Assembly: GCA_002633005.1 (NCBI GenBank)
Contig: NMRA01000118.1
Coordinates: 871,838 to 935,837 of the forward strand
Source of the DNA: Phoronis australis
Taxonomy: Eukaryota; Animalia; Phoronida
Length of the DNA stretch: 64,000 nucleotides
Direction of reading: 5' to 3'
Shown here: positions 15,001 to 25,617 of the stretch, piece by piece
Position numbering within the stretch: position 1 is the first letter of the stretch
How the letters are laid out: every line of letters starts with the position of its first letter
The notes under the pieces: generated by a model
Told to the model about the DNA's origin: nothing
Seen by the model: the letters and a program-made list of their open reading frames with translations, nothing else
Databases searched by the model: none
Translations under genes and position numbers: made by a program

Positions 15001-15102
15001 GTTGCTAGTAGCGTATAGATCAGTCATACATACCCCGTCAAATTTCTCTTTTAATTCAGTGAGCTGATCAATGTTCAGCATCAAACTTTCGCGGCCAGCC
15101 AT
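1..15102 (-). CDS. PLS: Plastin/fimbrin (EF-hand + calponin-homology actin-bundling protein), spliced, 3'-partial. Exons 15034-15102, 3137-3295, 2511-2680, 1985-2080, 1168-1375, 426-686, <1-47
   Basis: Exons join in frame across GT-AG introns (phases 0,0,2,2,0,0): MAGRESLMLNIDQLTELKEKFDG|FDLDGNKNLSEAEL..KISFEEFQH|MYMEL..GTTHSVRKEEQVAFADWINR|GLGSDPDC..NGILLC|KMVNLSVPETIDERTIN..HLILGLLWQVIK|IGLLSEVNL..LSPEAILIRWVNFHL..|EGDLTKRAEGML. These are hallmark plastin EF-hand, CH1 and CH2 motifs. Confidence 0.97.
426..686 (-). CDS. PLS: Plastin exon 6 (CH2)
   Basis: IGLLSEVNL..LSPEAILIRWVNFHL..DIKDS; phase 0/0. Confidence 0.97.
1168..1375 (-). CDS. PLS: Plastin exon 5 (CH1)
   Basis: KMVNLSVPETIDERTIN..ALNSAQSIGCNIVNIG..HLILGLLWQVIK. 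Confidence 0.97.
1985..2080 (-). CDS. PLS: Plastin exon 4
   Basis: GLGSDPDCKELLPLNEDGSDLYAKCKNGILLC; phase 2/2; absent from the ORF track. Confidence 0.95.
2511..2680 (-). CDS. PLS: Plastin exon 3
   Basis: GGTTEASSSGTTHSVRKEEQVAFADWIN plastin linker/CH1 start; AG/GT bounded. Confidence 0.96.
2817..3010. mobile_element. Small MITE-like element (CAGGG...CCCTG ends); related sequence at ~3738-3870
   Basis: Inverted terminal CAGGG/CCCTG; shares cagggctc, ctgcag and tgcgacct motifs with 3738-3870. Confidence 0.4.
3137..3295 (-). CDS. PLS: Plastin exon 2 (EF-hands)
   Basis: ttcag acceptor, GTAAG donor; FDLDGNKNLSEAE...DKINKDDKISFEEF. Confidence 0.95.
3495..3627 (-). mobile_element. tRNA-derived SINE (tRNA-like head 3554-3627 plus body)
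   Basis: Minus strand GTCCCGATGGCTCGGAGGAGTAGAGTTTCTGCGCGGTTAGCAGAAGGTTCTGGGTTCGAGTCCCAGTCGGGGCA has A-box, B-box (GGTTCGAGTCC) and cloverleaf stems, but a non-canonical anticodon loop. Head and body pieces recur at ~5469-5585. Confidence 0.75.
4300..4945 (-). mobile_element. Penelope-like retroelement remnant (RT C-terminus to GIY-YIG end), degraded
   Basis: HTDQYPQFSFNHLLKHKHSVARTLLDRA (post-RT PLE motif) and ILSKEQNWHARKLKEAININSQRPLLNWDRGLHL (GIY-YIG C-terminus); frameshifts and stops. Confidence 0.85.
9425..9576. mobile_element. Dimeric G-rich MITE (CATGGG...CCCATG); second copy at ~47769-47903
   Basis: Two tandem ~70-bp units (caccaYagggg..gctaYagc..tttt..gtgctgc..Ygccca); the same dimer occurs in subtilase intron 1. 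Confidence 0.6.
11998..12139. repeat. Inverted triplication forming a 36-bp-stem hairpin
   Basis: 11998-12033 is the reverse complement of 12046-12081 with 1 mismatch; ~12092-12139 is a third copy inverted against ~12032-12079. Confidence 0.9.
15034..15102 (-). CDS. PLS: Plastin exon 1 (start codon)
   Basis: ATG at 15102; 23 codons MAGRESLMLNIDQLTELKEKFDG, then a GTATG donor in phase 0 that matches exon 2; supplies the entering helix of EF-hand 1. Confidence 0.85.
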
Positions 15103-15135
15103 CTTGCTCAAGACAGTACAAGTGGGGTGGGTCGT

Positions 15136-15160
15136 TGAGTCACGTGGTTTCGTGACGTCA
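15136..15160. promoter_or_regulatory. Probable plastin proximal promoter: overlapping AP-1 (TGAGTCA) and E-box (CACGTG), plus a CRE (TGACGTCA)
   Basis: tgagtcacgtggtttcgtgacgtca lies ~35-60 bp upstream of the plastin ATG in a locally CpG-richer region; motif match only. Confidence 0.5.
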
Positions 15161-18100
15161 TCTCTTAAGGAAACGACGGTCAGTGCTACTTCATGTAATG
15201 TCACCACTACCGCACAAAGCAGGAGCAATATACGAACAATAAATTGTGTAATGAAACTGAAAATGACACGTAGTATATTTTCATGGCCAGTCTCCTATTC
15301 ATGATCTGAAACTACGGAAAGTCATCTCTTATCAGTCAATATGAATTCATGCGCGCACCTCGGGACTCAAGGCGTGAATGAGCCCTCTCATTTGGCGATG
15401 TGGGCAAAAACGTTCGTCTCAGAGAAATAAAAAGTCCGAAAAAAGAGACAATAGTCCACTAAGAAGGCGCGAATGCAAAAATCATAGCTCCGAACGTGGT
15501 ACCCCGTTTTTAGTCCCCACCCCGCTTTTTGTTGTTAGTACGGGTCCACAATGGCAAAAAATCCAACCCCCCCCTCAGTATATTTTAGGCTAGGCGCGGG
15601 CATGAATAAGAATAAGAGGTTTTCTAGTGTTGATAATGAAAGGATGGACAACCATTCGCCAGCCTGAGAACCGATTCACTACCTACCGCCAACTGTCGAT
15701 CATTCCTCATCGACCACTATAGTGAACTCTTGAGTGACAGATCCCTCGAAAAAAAATAATAAAGGCAATCCTTTCATATTAACGGAGACATTTGCGTTGT
15801 GAACACTCAAACATTTTGAACATGGTGAAAGCAAATCACGAACTTCGTTGTTTACGAAAAAATCACCAGACGACGGGCTTAGGGGCGTAGAAACACTGTC
15901 GGCCATGCCGCGGTACGTGCAGTTACCTGGCCATGTTGATTGTAAGGTATGATGTACACATTTAGCTCGAAGACCAACATGCGTCAAACTTCAATGCGGG
16001 ACAAATTTCTCGAGTGGCTTAGATCGTGTCAGACTGTCTCGGTTGTTACAATACATCAATCGATTTTTTTGACGCATAATCATGTAAATCACTAGAACAC
16101 AACGGACCCGGTACAATCTGTCGAGTATCTGAACCACAGCACAATGCTAATTCCATTTGCAACACGTTTGTACATGTACAAAGGTCAACTCAAATGTACA
16201 GTAAGGGGAGAGCATATCATGATAACAGCTTTTGAGGTGCCCAACCCCACCGCCAGGAGAAAATAATAAAAAATAAATTTTTGAGGCGCACTAAATTACC
16301 GTCGCGAAAAACAAGACCAGTTGTCATCCGGCCGGCGGACGTCTCGGCCGAATAATGTCGTCAAAAATTTAGTAGCTTATCATTCAAATAATTGTTTTTC
16401 TCCAGAGTAAACTGCCCAATTCAGAAAAAATGTAGCCCCGTACGAAAATGAAACAACAACAAGAAATTGTCCAAGAACAATTCTTAGTGCTCGGGCCCGT
16501 GCATTTGAGTCGGTAGAGAGGGACATCAAGGAAGTCGCACCGGGCATCACCAAACCCCGCACGCTCTTCTGTTCATGATACTTTTAAAAACAGGCTCTTT
16601 GACGAAATACCTTGTCCCGAGTTTCTAACCACAAAAAAATGAACAAACAAAAAAAAAACAAGAAACGCTGAGATACATGTAGCTAACGGGCAGTTAACGG
16701 AAAGAAATTGCTGCCAAAATAAATCTTTACTTTGCATCTGGCAGTATAATCAACGAAGATCAAATTGATGGGACTGCAGAGTTCGATTAGTTAAAGAGGC
16801 TTGGAACGCGATAAACAGACTAAATTGCAAAACTGAAAGTGGTTCTCTGCCACTGAAACAGAACTCAACACCCTCACCAGATATTTTTTTAGGGTTTGTT
16901 CGTAAATACATGTATTTATAATTTCTGTTGATATCAATGCATTTTCTTTTAGTTTCAAATTTCAAAAAAATGACCTGGCAACTGTTCGCCATGTCGTCGA
17001 TCTTTCTCCCACAAGGCAAAGAACGCTTCCTTAACACGTTCCTCTTCCAGTGTACATGAATATGGAAAATTTTACCATTGACCTCAAGGGACTTCAAGCA
17101 ACTGATTTTGAGCGCATGCGTACATTTTACATAAGTGGGATTGAGAATAGAAATCCTGTGGTATCCACAGTTTTTCCTTCCCGCGTATTTCAAACATCGT
17201 GAATTTTGTGATTTTTTCTGTAAATTTCCACACAGGGGAAAAAGAATTACTCTGTACTAGACGTTGCGAGATGGCACTTTCGTCAGAAATCGTTAAATAG
17301 ATATTTTTAACTAGCTTTCGCGTTCCATGCCTCCTTATGTTATTTAATGGTATCTTTTTAACATTCAACCTTTTGTGTTTTGTACACTCAGGCTGTAATT
17401 TCAGACATTGGTTTGAATTATACGCACTAGCGCTTTCCTAAGGGGTTTTAATGATACACCAATGGTTGATGAACTAGCCGGCAATGAGTACAAAATCAAC
17501 TACAGTGTTCACAATGCGAGTTGTTGCTCGATTTAAACTGGCCCGGTGAAACAAACTCGGAAATTCTCATCTGGACGATAGTTACGAGTTATAGAAGCGT
17601 TGTGACACCAAACACACTGCATGAAAACAGAGGTCAGCGTTTCTCAACTAATTATTGAGCGATGCATGTAGTTCGCCCTCTTATGCTCGGTTTGAATAGT
17701 CTGTGAATATTGTAAGAGATACACGCTTCTCAGTAAAAACACTTCATTTCTGTACAACTTAATGCGGGACTGTTTCTAAAGGCGCATGTTCTTGGCACCC
17801 TGTTCGATTTCCTTGTCAAAATTATTCTAGAAAACAAGTTTTTCATTTACTCGACAATGTTCTTCAACCTGATAATGTGTGTCCATAAGTCACAAATGTT
17901 CCAAAATAAGGTGGGATAACGATAACTCTCACACTCTATGACGTAAAATTTGCTAACTAAAACTATGGATCCAACTGTAATGTTGACGATGTATGACGCA
18001 TTTCTCATATACCAAACAAAATAATAATTACAATTTTCTGTTATAGTGATCCCTGTAAAATTGTAAGCATTTTTATTCACAGGCTTCTCATCCATTTCCC

Positions 18101-20027
18101 CGAGGGTGAAAATAAATGCCTTACAATTTAACCCTCTTCCTGGTAATGTCATTTCCTGAATGTGTAATGTTTTGACAAACAGACAATATTATTTAAAATT
18201 ACCATCATGTGTCTTGTTATGAATTGCAATGCAATTATAAAGTATCTGCTCTGCGACTGATTATGTGGACAACGATATGGCCGTGTCTTAGAACTAGCGT
18301 ACTCTCTCAATTATTACATGTTATTGAAAGGTACATGTAACATAACCGTACACTCCTTCACAATGATACAAAAGGTATATGTAAGTGGCGCTGTGTCAGA
18401 GACATCGTGATAAACATCCAACTGACGAAACAGGTTGCACTGATAGTGAAACAACGTGGATAACACAAAGTAGATGAAGCATTTATCGACACTCAGTTTC
18501 ACTAAAAATCAATCACAGTCAGTTTCGCTTGCCCCGGTTAGGCCTTCTGTCAAAAGAAATGAAAATCGGTCTCTCAGGTGTTGAAGCTAGGCCAACACTG
18601 CATCAGCGGTCTTTAATTTCCATGTGCAAACGGTTAAAAAAATCTACCAGTACTTTGTTAATTTCTTGCTGTCACGTCAGCCCACTCGCTAGTCCCCTGC
18701 GTGCCTAGCCAGCGTGCTAGCTACTGACCACCTAGCGGCACGCACGGAACCAGCGAGGTCACTAGCCCACTGCCTTCTGCTCATTCTCTAAGCATGACTA
18801 GAAGTTCTCAGTATTTATTGGCGCAACTCAGTGACAAATGATTTCAACACCTGCCAACGAGAAGTTGAAGAAGATTAGAACGTAAAAAAACATTCTATTT
18901 CAACTCCAAAAAGTACCTACAACAGGCTGTACCTCATTGAAAAAAACAAAATTGCCCTCATTCACCTTTATTTTACCATTTTCACCAGTATGAACGTGAC
19001 ACAGAATTTCGGAAGCATGGTCCTCGTGAGCAAATTAGAAATATCTGACATTCCTCGGCTTCCGGTATGTGTTTTGGTGAGATTACATCTCACTTGGCCA
19101 AAAATTTGATCGTTGCCAAAAAATGGCTGAATTTTTCCTGATTGTCCTCTGACATTCCCTGTTGAAGTTCAGCATCTATTGTAGTCCAACGCAGTGCAAA
19201 GTTTTGGTACTCCCTCACGCATGCTCTATGAGGAAAACGTTTCTTATGGTCAGGGACTCCTGGTAACAACTTTCTCCAAGTAGAGAAACCTTATTCTTCG
19301 CTTAAAATTTGACAAAAAATGACAAACGTTCATTTGAAAGCAGATAGAAAACAGCAGCATGCTTCCCGATATGGAGAGTACATGTATAACATCGAAATCC
19401 TCTCCGCTAATCCTCAGTTTAAGGAAACTTTCTCTAAACCACCATTGATTTGCAAATAACATTAAGTACCTGGGAAAAATTGCGATTCCCAAGTGGTGAT
19501 ATGCAACGTTGCACACCTCATGCTTCACCGTAAAAAATGTCCCATTTCATGATCAAATGGTCTGCAAAGGAGTACGTTGGGCGCGATGACGCTTGGGTTT
19601 TAAACGTGGATCGGTTGTGCCCCCAATGGTAAGTTTAATAAAATTCGCGAACAAGCTGAATTTATTGTACAATGCGTAACATTTCCATCATGCGAAGATA
19701 AGCTCAAGAGGAAAATGGCATCTTGTTTTACAAAAACGTTTTCTGTTCATGAAAAAAATTTCAGGTTTTTATAAAAAGCATGTTTACAAGTAAACTCGTC
19801 TGTTCGACCAGAAGTTCCATAAACAATGACATGTTACTCGACTTTGTGGTGCCATGATTCTTCAATAAACGAGACACCTTTATGAAACTGTATGTTCCCT
19901 TTAACAAGCTTTAGCAATTTCGTGGTTATCAATTGATACAGTGTACATTTGTCAGTTTTGAAAAGTTATCCATTTTTGAGACTGGAAGTTGCACTTATGC
20001 AAAGACGTTGAGGCAATTTCAAATTTC

Positions 20028-20088
20028 AGTGGAGGCCAGTGGAGGGCAGCAGAGGCTAGTGGAGGGCAGCGGAGGCTAGTGGAGGGCA
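20028..20088. repeat. Short tandem repeat, ~10-bp unit (agtggaggg/ggc)
   Basis: agtggaggccagtggagggcagcagaggctagtggagggcagcggaggctagtggagggc. Confidence 0.7.
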
Positions 20089-20968
20089 AGCTAAGGAAAT
20101 ATGGATCCACATTGTCCCTCTGATATGTATGACATCCCCCCTCCCCCTTCTGCACGCAGCATTAAACCCCAAACATCAACTTTTGATTTAGGACAATAAC
20201 CGGTATAAAATAGTTTCATTTTATTTCGTACTCAATTTAAAAATGATCTCTGCCTCGATAAGAACCGACAGTTCGTTATCAGTGCTGTTGTGGTAAAATT
20301 AGAGGAAAGTAGGCGCCCAAAGCCCACCGTATCACCGTGAGCACTGAACGTAACTTACGGTGCGTAGGCGCTACGTTCAAATGCCAAAAGTTGGTTGGCT
20401 GTGCCTACCTGCGTCTACGCCCCATTACAGCACAGTTCGTTATCGCTTCTGACTAGGCTCTATAAGTTTAAGACTTTGGCACATGGTGAAACGGAGAAAA
20501 GTCTTCGATTTTTACAACTGAAGAATACAGAATGACGGTGCGCCTAGTCATGGGCAGCGTACCATAGAGGACTTATTTCAGTGCATCGCAGGCCATGCCA
20601 GTGCAACTTAAAGGAGCGTGCCACCCAAAAAACAACCTAATTTGTATCAATTTAGATCGAGTAGTTCTACTCCATAACGACACGTACAGTTGCGTTACTT
20701 GACACCTGACTGCAAACGGAGGTGTTGAAATTATCCAATGACGTCATCGGTTTCACACGCAGTCTGTTCAGCAGTTCACAACACGGGTTACTGGAGTCGG
20801 CTTATCGCTTGAAGTCATCGTTTAACACCAATAAATCATCAAACTTCGATGTAAAACCCTTAAAAATACACCGAGCTCTTATAAAAAACGTGTTGTTTTA
20901 GTTCGCCATTACGGATTTATTTGTATTTGGACACACCGTAGCTTACAAAGTTCTGCAGGCCAATAAGG

Positions 20969-21627
20969 NNNNNNNNNNNNNNNNNNNNNNNNNNNNNNNN
21001 NNNNNNNNNNNNNNNNNNNNNNNNNNNNNNNNNNNNNNNNNNNNNNNNNNNNNNNNNNNNNNNNNNNNNNNNNNNNNNNNNNNNNNNNNNNNNNNNNNNN
21101 NNNNNNNNNNNNNNNNNNNNNNNNNNNNNNNNNNNNNNNNNNNNNNNNNNNNNNNNNNNNNNNNNNNNNNNNNNNNNNNNNNNNNNNNNNNNNNNNNNNN
21201 NNNNNNNNNNNNNNNNNNNNNNNNNNNNNNNNNNNNNNNNNNNNNNNNNNNNNNNNNNNNNNNNNNNNNNNNNNNNNNNNNNNNNNNNNNNNNNNNNNNN
21301 NNNNNNNNNNNNNNNNNNNNNNNNNNNNNNNNNNNNNNNNNNNNNNNNNNNNNNNNNNNNNNNNNNNNNNNNNNNNNNNNNNNNNNNNNNNNNNNNNNNN
21401 NNNNNNNNNNNNNNNNNNNNNNNNNNNNNNNNNNNNNNNNNNNNNNNNNNNNNNNNNNNNNNNNNNNNNNNNNNNNNNNNNNNNNNNNNNNNNNNNNNNN
21501 NNNNNNNNNNNNNNNNNNNNNNNNNNNNNNNNNNNNNNNNNNNNNNNNNNNNNNNNNNNNNNNNNNNNNNNNNNNNNNNNNNNNNNNNNNNNNNNNNNNN
21601 NNNNNNNNNNNNNNNNNNNNNNNNNNN
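20969..21627. other. Assembly gap (N run)
   Basis: 659 N; a smaller gap lies at 11579-11610. Confidence 1.
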
Positions 21628-22961
21628 TAAGAGACTCAGCAACATCCTTGTTTGCTTTTCATGCTGTGACCGGGTTTGGAACCAACTCGTACTTTTTTGC
21701 CAATCTCATGAAACAATCATCATGGAAGGTGTTCCTAGAGCATCACAGATTGCTTAAAAACCCCTGCATTGGTTAACTCACTGAGTAAATTACGATGGCT
21801 TCAGAATTATTTGTCTGCAGACTATACGACTTGACCAGAACAGTCCTGTAGATGTAGCACGCCATTTACTATTCTCCAAGCCCGTGAACCCAGAAGTCCT
21901 TCCCCCCAACGCTTAATGCCCGCCGTTTCCATCTGATGAGAGTGCACTACCAGGTCAAGGTATGGCGAAATGATCACTGTTCCATACCTGAGCTCCCAGC
22001 ACCCTCTGATATGGGAGGGACACACAAACTTATGCTTGCAGCTCATACTGATGACACATAGTTCTATCCCAGACAGCTGCCTAGAGATGGTATTCTGTGC
22101 ATGCCAGATATAACGCAATAGCAGACAATGCAAATGCAAGAAATATGGATTTCAATGCATATAATTATGCTCATGCCAGCAGCACAATGATGATCAGATT
22201 CCTTGTATGCAAACAGTTTGATTTGCCAGGCTTCAGGCATGTTAAAAAGTACTAAAACTAAAAAGTGAATGCTAAAACTGTGTTCAGCAGGCCTGAAAAC
22301 AATTCATGCAACTGGGAATATAATGTCTTCAATAACAATAACTATGATTTTTTATGAATGAAAGATAACGGGATAGTGTGAACATTTGTCCTATTTTCCA
22401 TCAAAATAGTGACACCTTGCTTGACGACCATTGCAGATTCACTATTTTTTCCACATTATGTAAGTATACATCTATAACCCAATAAATATGAAATAAATTG
22501 CTCCAAAAATGTCTTTAGCATGTTTGTTGACCATGAAAATATAAGTATTAACACCTCATTTTTCAAGTTCTCCTGCAGGAACACAAACTTAAGACGCAAA
22601 TTACATCGTATGGTAATGGCGGCACCTAATTTGCATAATTAGTTTTCAGAGTTGCATTTTTTAGTATTCATAAGTGATTTATTGCTCAAGAAGTATTTAT
22701 AAGAAGTGTACAGATGAGACATTTCACCATTTTAAATGGTATATGGTGATTTCTATTATAAAAATACATCTGAACTTGACAATTTGGCTGCCATTTTGTT
22801 TATGCAAATTAGATGGTCAAAAATGCAAAATTCGGCTTGGGAACAGGATTAGTTGAATTCGCCATACCTTGATTGTGTGAAAAAGTCTTGTTCCCAACTT
22901 TTACTAAAAAATGCTTCTAGAACCTTATACAGGGCTCTTTTCAGGAAATGCGTCTAGACTA
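21628..22961 (+). mobile_element. Academ-like transposon 3' remnant (XPG-like nuclease + Cys-rich zinc finger, degraded)
   Basis: SLFAFHAVTGFGTNSYF..WKVF, FVCRLY, FHLMRVHYQVKVW..PELPAP and a frameshifted Cys-rich end; terminates in gtctagacta (TAGTCTAGAC on the minus strand, an Academ-type end). Confidence 0.7.
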
Positions 22962-23081
22962 GTAGCAGGAGTTTGGGGTCTCTTCGGAGATAATTTCGAA
23001 GTATTATCCGTGAGATACAGACAGGAGAACCTAGATCTGTGTTGTTTAGACTTGTGATTTTTTGAGTTCTAAACACAAAAC

Positions 23082-23180
23082 ACTCGTTATCCTGGCTAGT
23101 GGCTCGGAGCCCGATCAGGCCCGTCGCGGTCAGTCGGACTGCCTCGTTATCCCGGCCAGTGGCTCGGAATCTGATCAGAC
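23082..23180. repeat. Direct repeat, ~38 bp x2, ~61-bp spacing
   Basis: ctcgttatccYggcYagtggctcggaRYcYgatcag at ~23082 and ~23143. Confidence 0.7.
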
Positions 23181-24574
23181 ATCACGAACATAAACCAGCC
23201 AAAGTTCAGTGGAAACAAAACTTCCAGTCAAGAAAATACTATACTAGTGAGCCAAAGTAATGTGCACGTGATTATGTTGGTGAATTAGCAACGAAACTAC
23301 TTACTCGTCGGTCGGGACGCGAATTCAGCCGGTTCCGCTTTGGCCACAGTAACGTCAGGGCCGAAGTTGTACATTGACAATCATCATTTGAGTAATGTAA
23401 ATGTAAATAAATATTCCCCTAACTCCTGGCCGTGGGATGGAAATCGAGTTGTTTCACAACAGTTGCTGCAAGCAAACACTAAATTAGTATAAGCTCACAC
23501 GGCCTCGGTGTCCTGTCAATTAGTTTTATTGCACCTAAAGCCGGTAACGCAGTGATTTATTCATTGCTGGCTTCTCAAATCATCTGCACTCACGAACACT
23601 CCAAAGGCATTACAAATTGCATCTAATGAGACAGACTTTGTTTCAGTTTTATATAAGTATTGTTTAGGGTGAGAATAATTCATTTTGAAACAGAACGCTC
23701 AGCAATGAACGCCAACATGGCAACTCACAATCCCGACTTAGGACGAGCTAGAGCTCATCAGTCCCGACTTCGCGGGTGAAACGTTAAGTTTTACAGGCTA
23801 TCAATTCGAACAGGAATACAGTGATGAAGAAATACTAGAGAGGCGCCGTGAACAAGCTCAGACAACGGAACGTATGGAGTTATTTGGTAAGCCGGCATCA
23901 GTCAGGCACTGCCGACTGCAGGCCACAGCACGAGATGTTTCACGGCCTCATACTTGCTATTTACAGCGTACATTTCATTTTTCACTACCATGAGCCACTT
24001 CCTAAGCATTTCGGATTCTCGAGGAAGTAAAAAAACGATATACCCGCTTTCCTCGCAGCTGATTAGTTCGGACAAGCGGGAACGATGCACAGAAACATTC
24101 ATTCTGCATATGAACCACTGACGTCGCTAGCGTCATTTCTCACCTTCTCACAGGTTAACGCGACACCTCTTGGCAAGGTAAGGTCGACCGTATGCGAAGC
24201 GATGTCGATATAGACCGATTACAACGGCAAAAAAGACTAATTAAATCGGGTGGCATTCTCCTTTAAGAGCAAGCTATATCTGCTGAAAATCTTCTAATCA
24301 TCGCCATCTCTACGCCGATAACATTAAGCAATAGTGGCTCAACCTGGTCCAACAGTGCTGGGATGTGGCCTTAAATGTGAAACATTCTGCCGACTTGATT
24401 TGGCGACTTCTATTCTATAAAAAAGGTCAAACTGGACACTTGAGGCCTAATTAGAGTATGGCGTTATTAGTAACTATGACAATTGTCAAAGTCCTCCTCT
24501 CAAACCAGAATGGGCACACTCATCCCATCCACTTTCCAATGCCAGTATCGCGGATTGGTGAGGAAGTTTTTTGA

Positions 24575-24910
24575 CATGGCAAGAATCAGCTGCACAGAAA
24601 GAAAGACCAACAAAGATGTTTGTAACTTGCTTAAAATTAAACCGTCACTTCTAAATACAATCCAAACAAGTAAACTGAAATACTTTGGTCACATCAATGT
24701 TGAAAGGCGTGACACCATCTGCAAGAACAAACAGGAAGGAAAACAGAAGGGCCGGATGAGAACAAGAGGTAGACAACGCAGAATGTGGCTGGACAACATC
24801 AAAGACTGGACAAATCTATTACTGCAAGGATGTACCAGAAAGGCAAATAGCAGAGTAGAATGGCGGATCATTTCAAGTCGACCACTAAGGAGATGACACC
24901 CATGATGATG
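24575..24910 (+). mobile_element. RTE-clade LINE 3' fragment
   Basis: RISCTERKTNKDV..KLKYFGHI..EGK..RGRQRRMWLDNIKDWT..EWR, then a stop and a short (GAT)n tail; typical 5'-truncated RTE end. Confidence 0.85.
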
Positions 24911-25011
24911 AAAAAATTTAATGTTTACGTTTGCGTTTTTTATACACTGTACATGTAAGTGCTACAATAGTTTGGGCAAATCTATTCAGTGCTGTCGGCT
25001 GCAGTAAAAAC

Positions 25012-25617
25012 CTAGTCATCTTTCTCTGACAGTAGAGTTATAAGAGAGGCCACGTATTCCTTGTGTTCTTTTGAATCTTTTGGGTTGAGACAGACCTTAT
25101 CCAGATCATCATTGGTTAACTTGTTCCAGTCGACTTTGGTCTTTGACCCTGGCTTGGATTGTAACCCATTGCCGTGTTTTTTCGTTTTCGTTTTGTCTGT
25201 TTTCGTCCTGCTTAAACTTTTCTCGCTTCCCTTGGACGTAATGTCCGTTTTAGATTTAGATTTTTTAATTTTAGTCTTCGCTGAAGTCGATTTCTTCGGC
25301 TCCAGATCTCCCTCTTTAATGCCCTGTTCAGATCCATTCGACATGACTTTCCTTAGCGGCGGAGATTCGGAAGTTAAGGGAGTCATCTTGGATATCGAAA
25401 AAGGCACAAAATGAACGGCATTCTGTTTGTCAGGGCCCCCGGCCTGTTCCATGCGGACTTCAGTGAGTCGCTGGTAGTTGCACGTGCAGTTCAAGCTGAG
25501 TCCTTCGATGCACATGTGCTTGAACTCGTGCACAAAGCTGAAGAATAAGACGACCAGAGCTAGAGCGCTTATCCAGTGACACAGAGCATCCACGTCATGG
25601 AGGGTTGGCAGTTCTAG
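25012..25617 (-). CDS. DRAM: DRAM-like last coding exon (last TM + long Lys/Ser-rich tail)
   Basis: cattacag|LELPTLHDVDALCHWISALALVVLFFSFVHEFK.., stop TAG at 25012-25014; a second in-frame acceptor at 25678-25679 would add 20 aa. Confidence 0.88.
   Translation of the reverse strand, partial: LELPTLHDVDALCHWISALALVVLFFSFVHEFKHMCIEGLSLNCTCNYQRLTEVRMEQAGGPDKQNAVHFVPFSISKMTPLTSESPPLRKVMSNGSEQGIKEGDLEPKKSTSAKTKIKKSKSKTDITSKGSEKSLSRTKTDKTKTKKHGNGLQSKPGSKTKVDWNKLTNDDLDKVCLNPKDSKEHKEYVASLITLLSEKDD

Larger units (their letters stand above)
20612..24262. mobile_element. Kolobok-like DNA transposon shell (TTAA flanks, AGG...CCT ends) with nested insertions
   Basis: TTAA|aggagcgtgccaccc ... gggtggcattctcct|TTAA. 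The right part carries a broken THAP on the minus strand (MFLCIVPACPN*..FLLPRESEMLRKWLMVVKN, ~23900-24100). The span crosses an N-gap, so the pairing of the two ends is inferred. Confidence 0.6.

Noticed and set aside
20917-21645. 242-aa ORF in the track
   Set aside because: Almost entirely X residues from the N gap.
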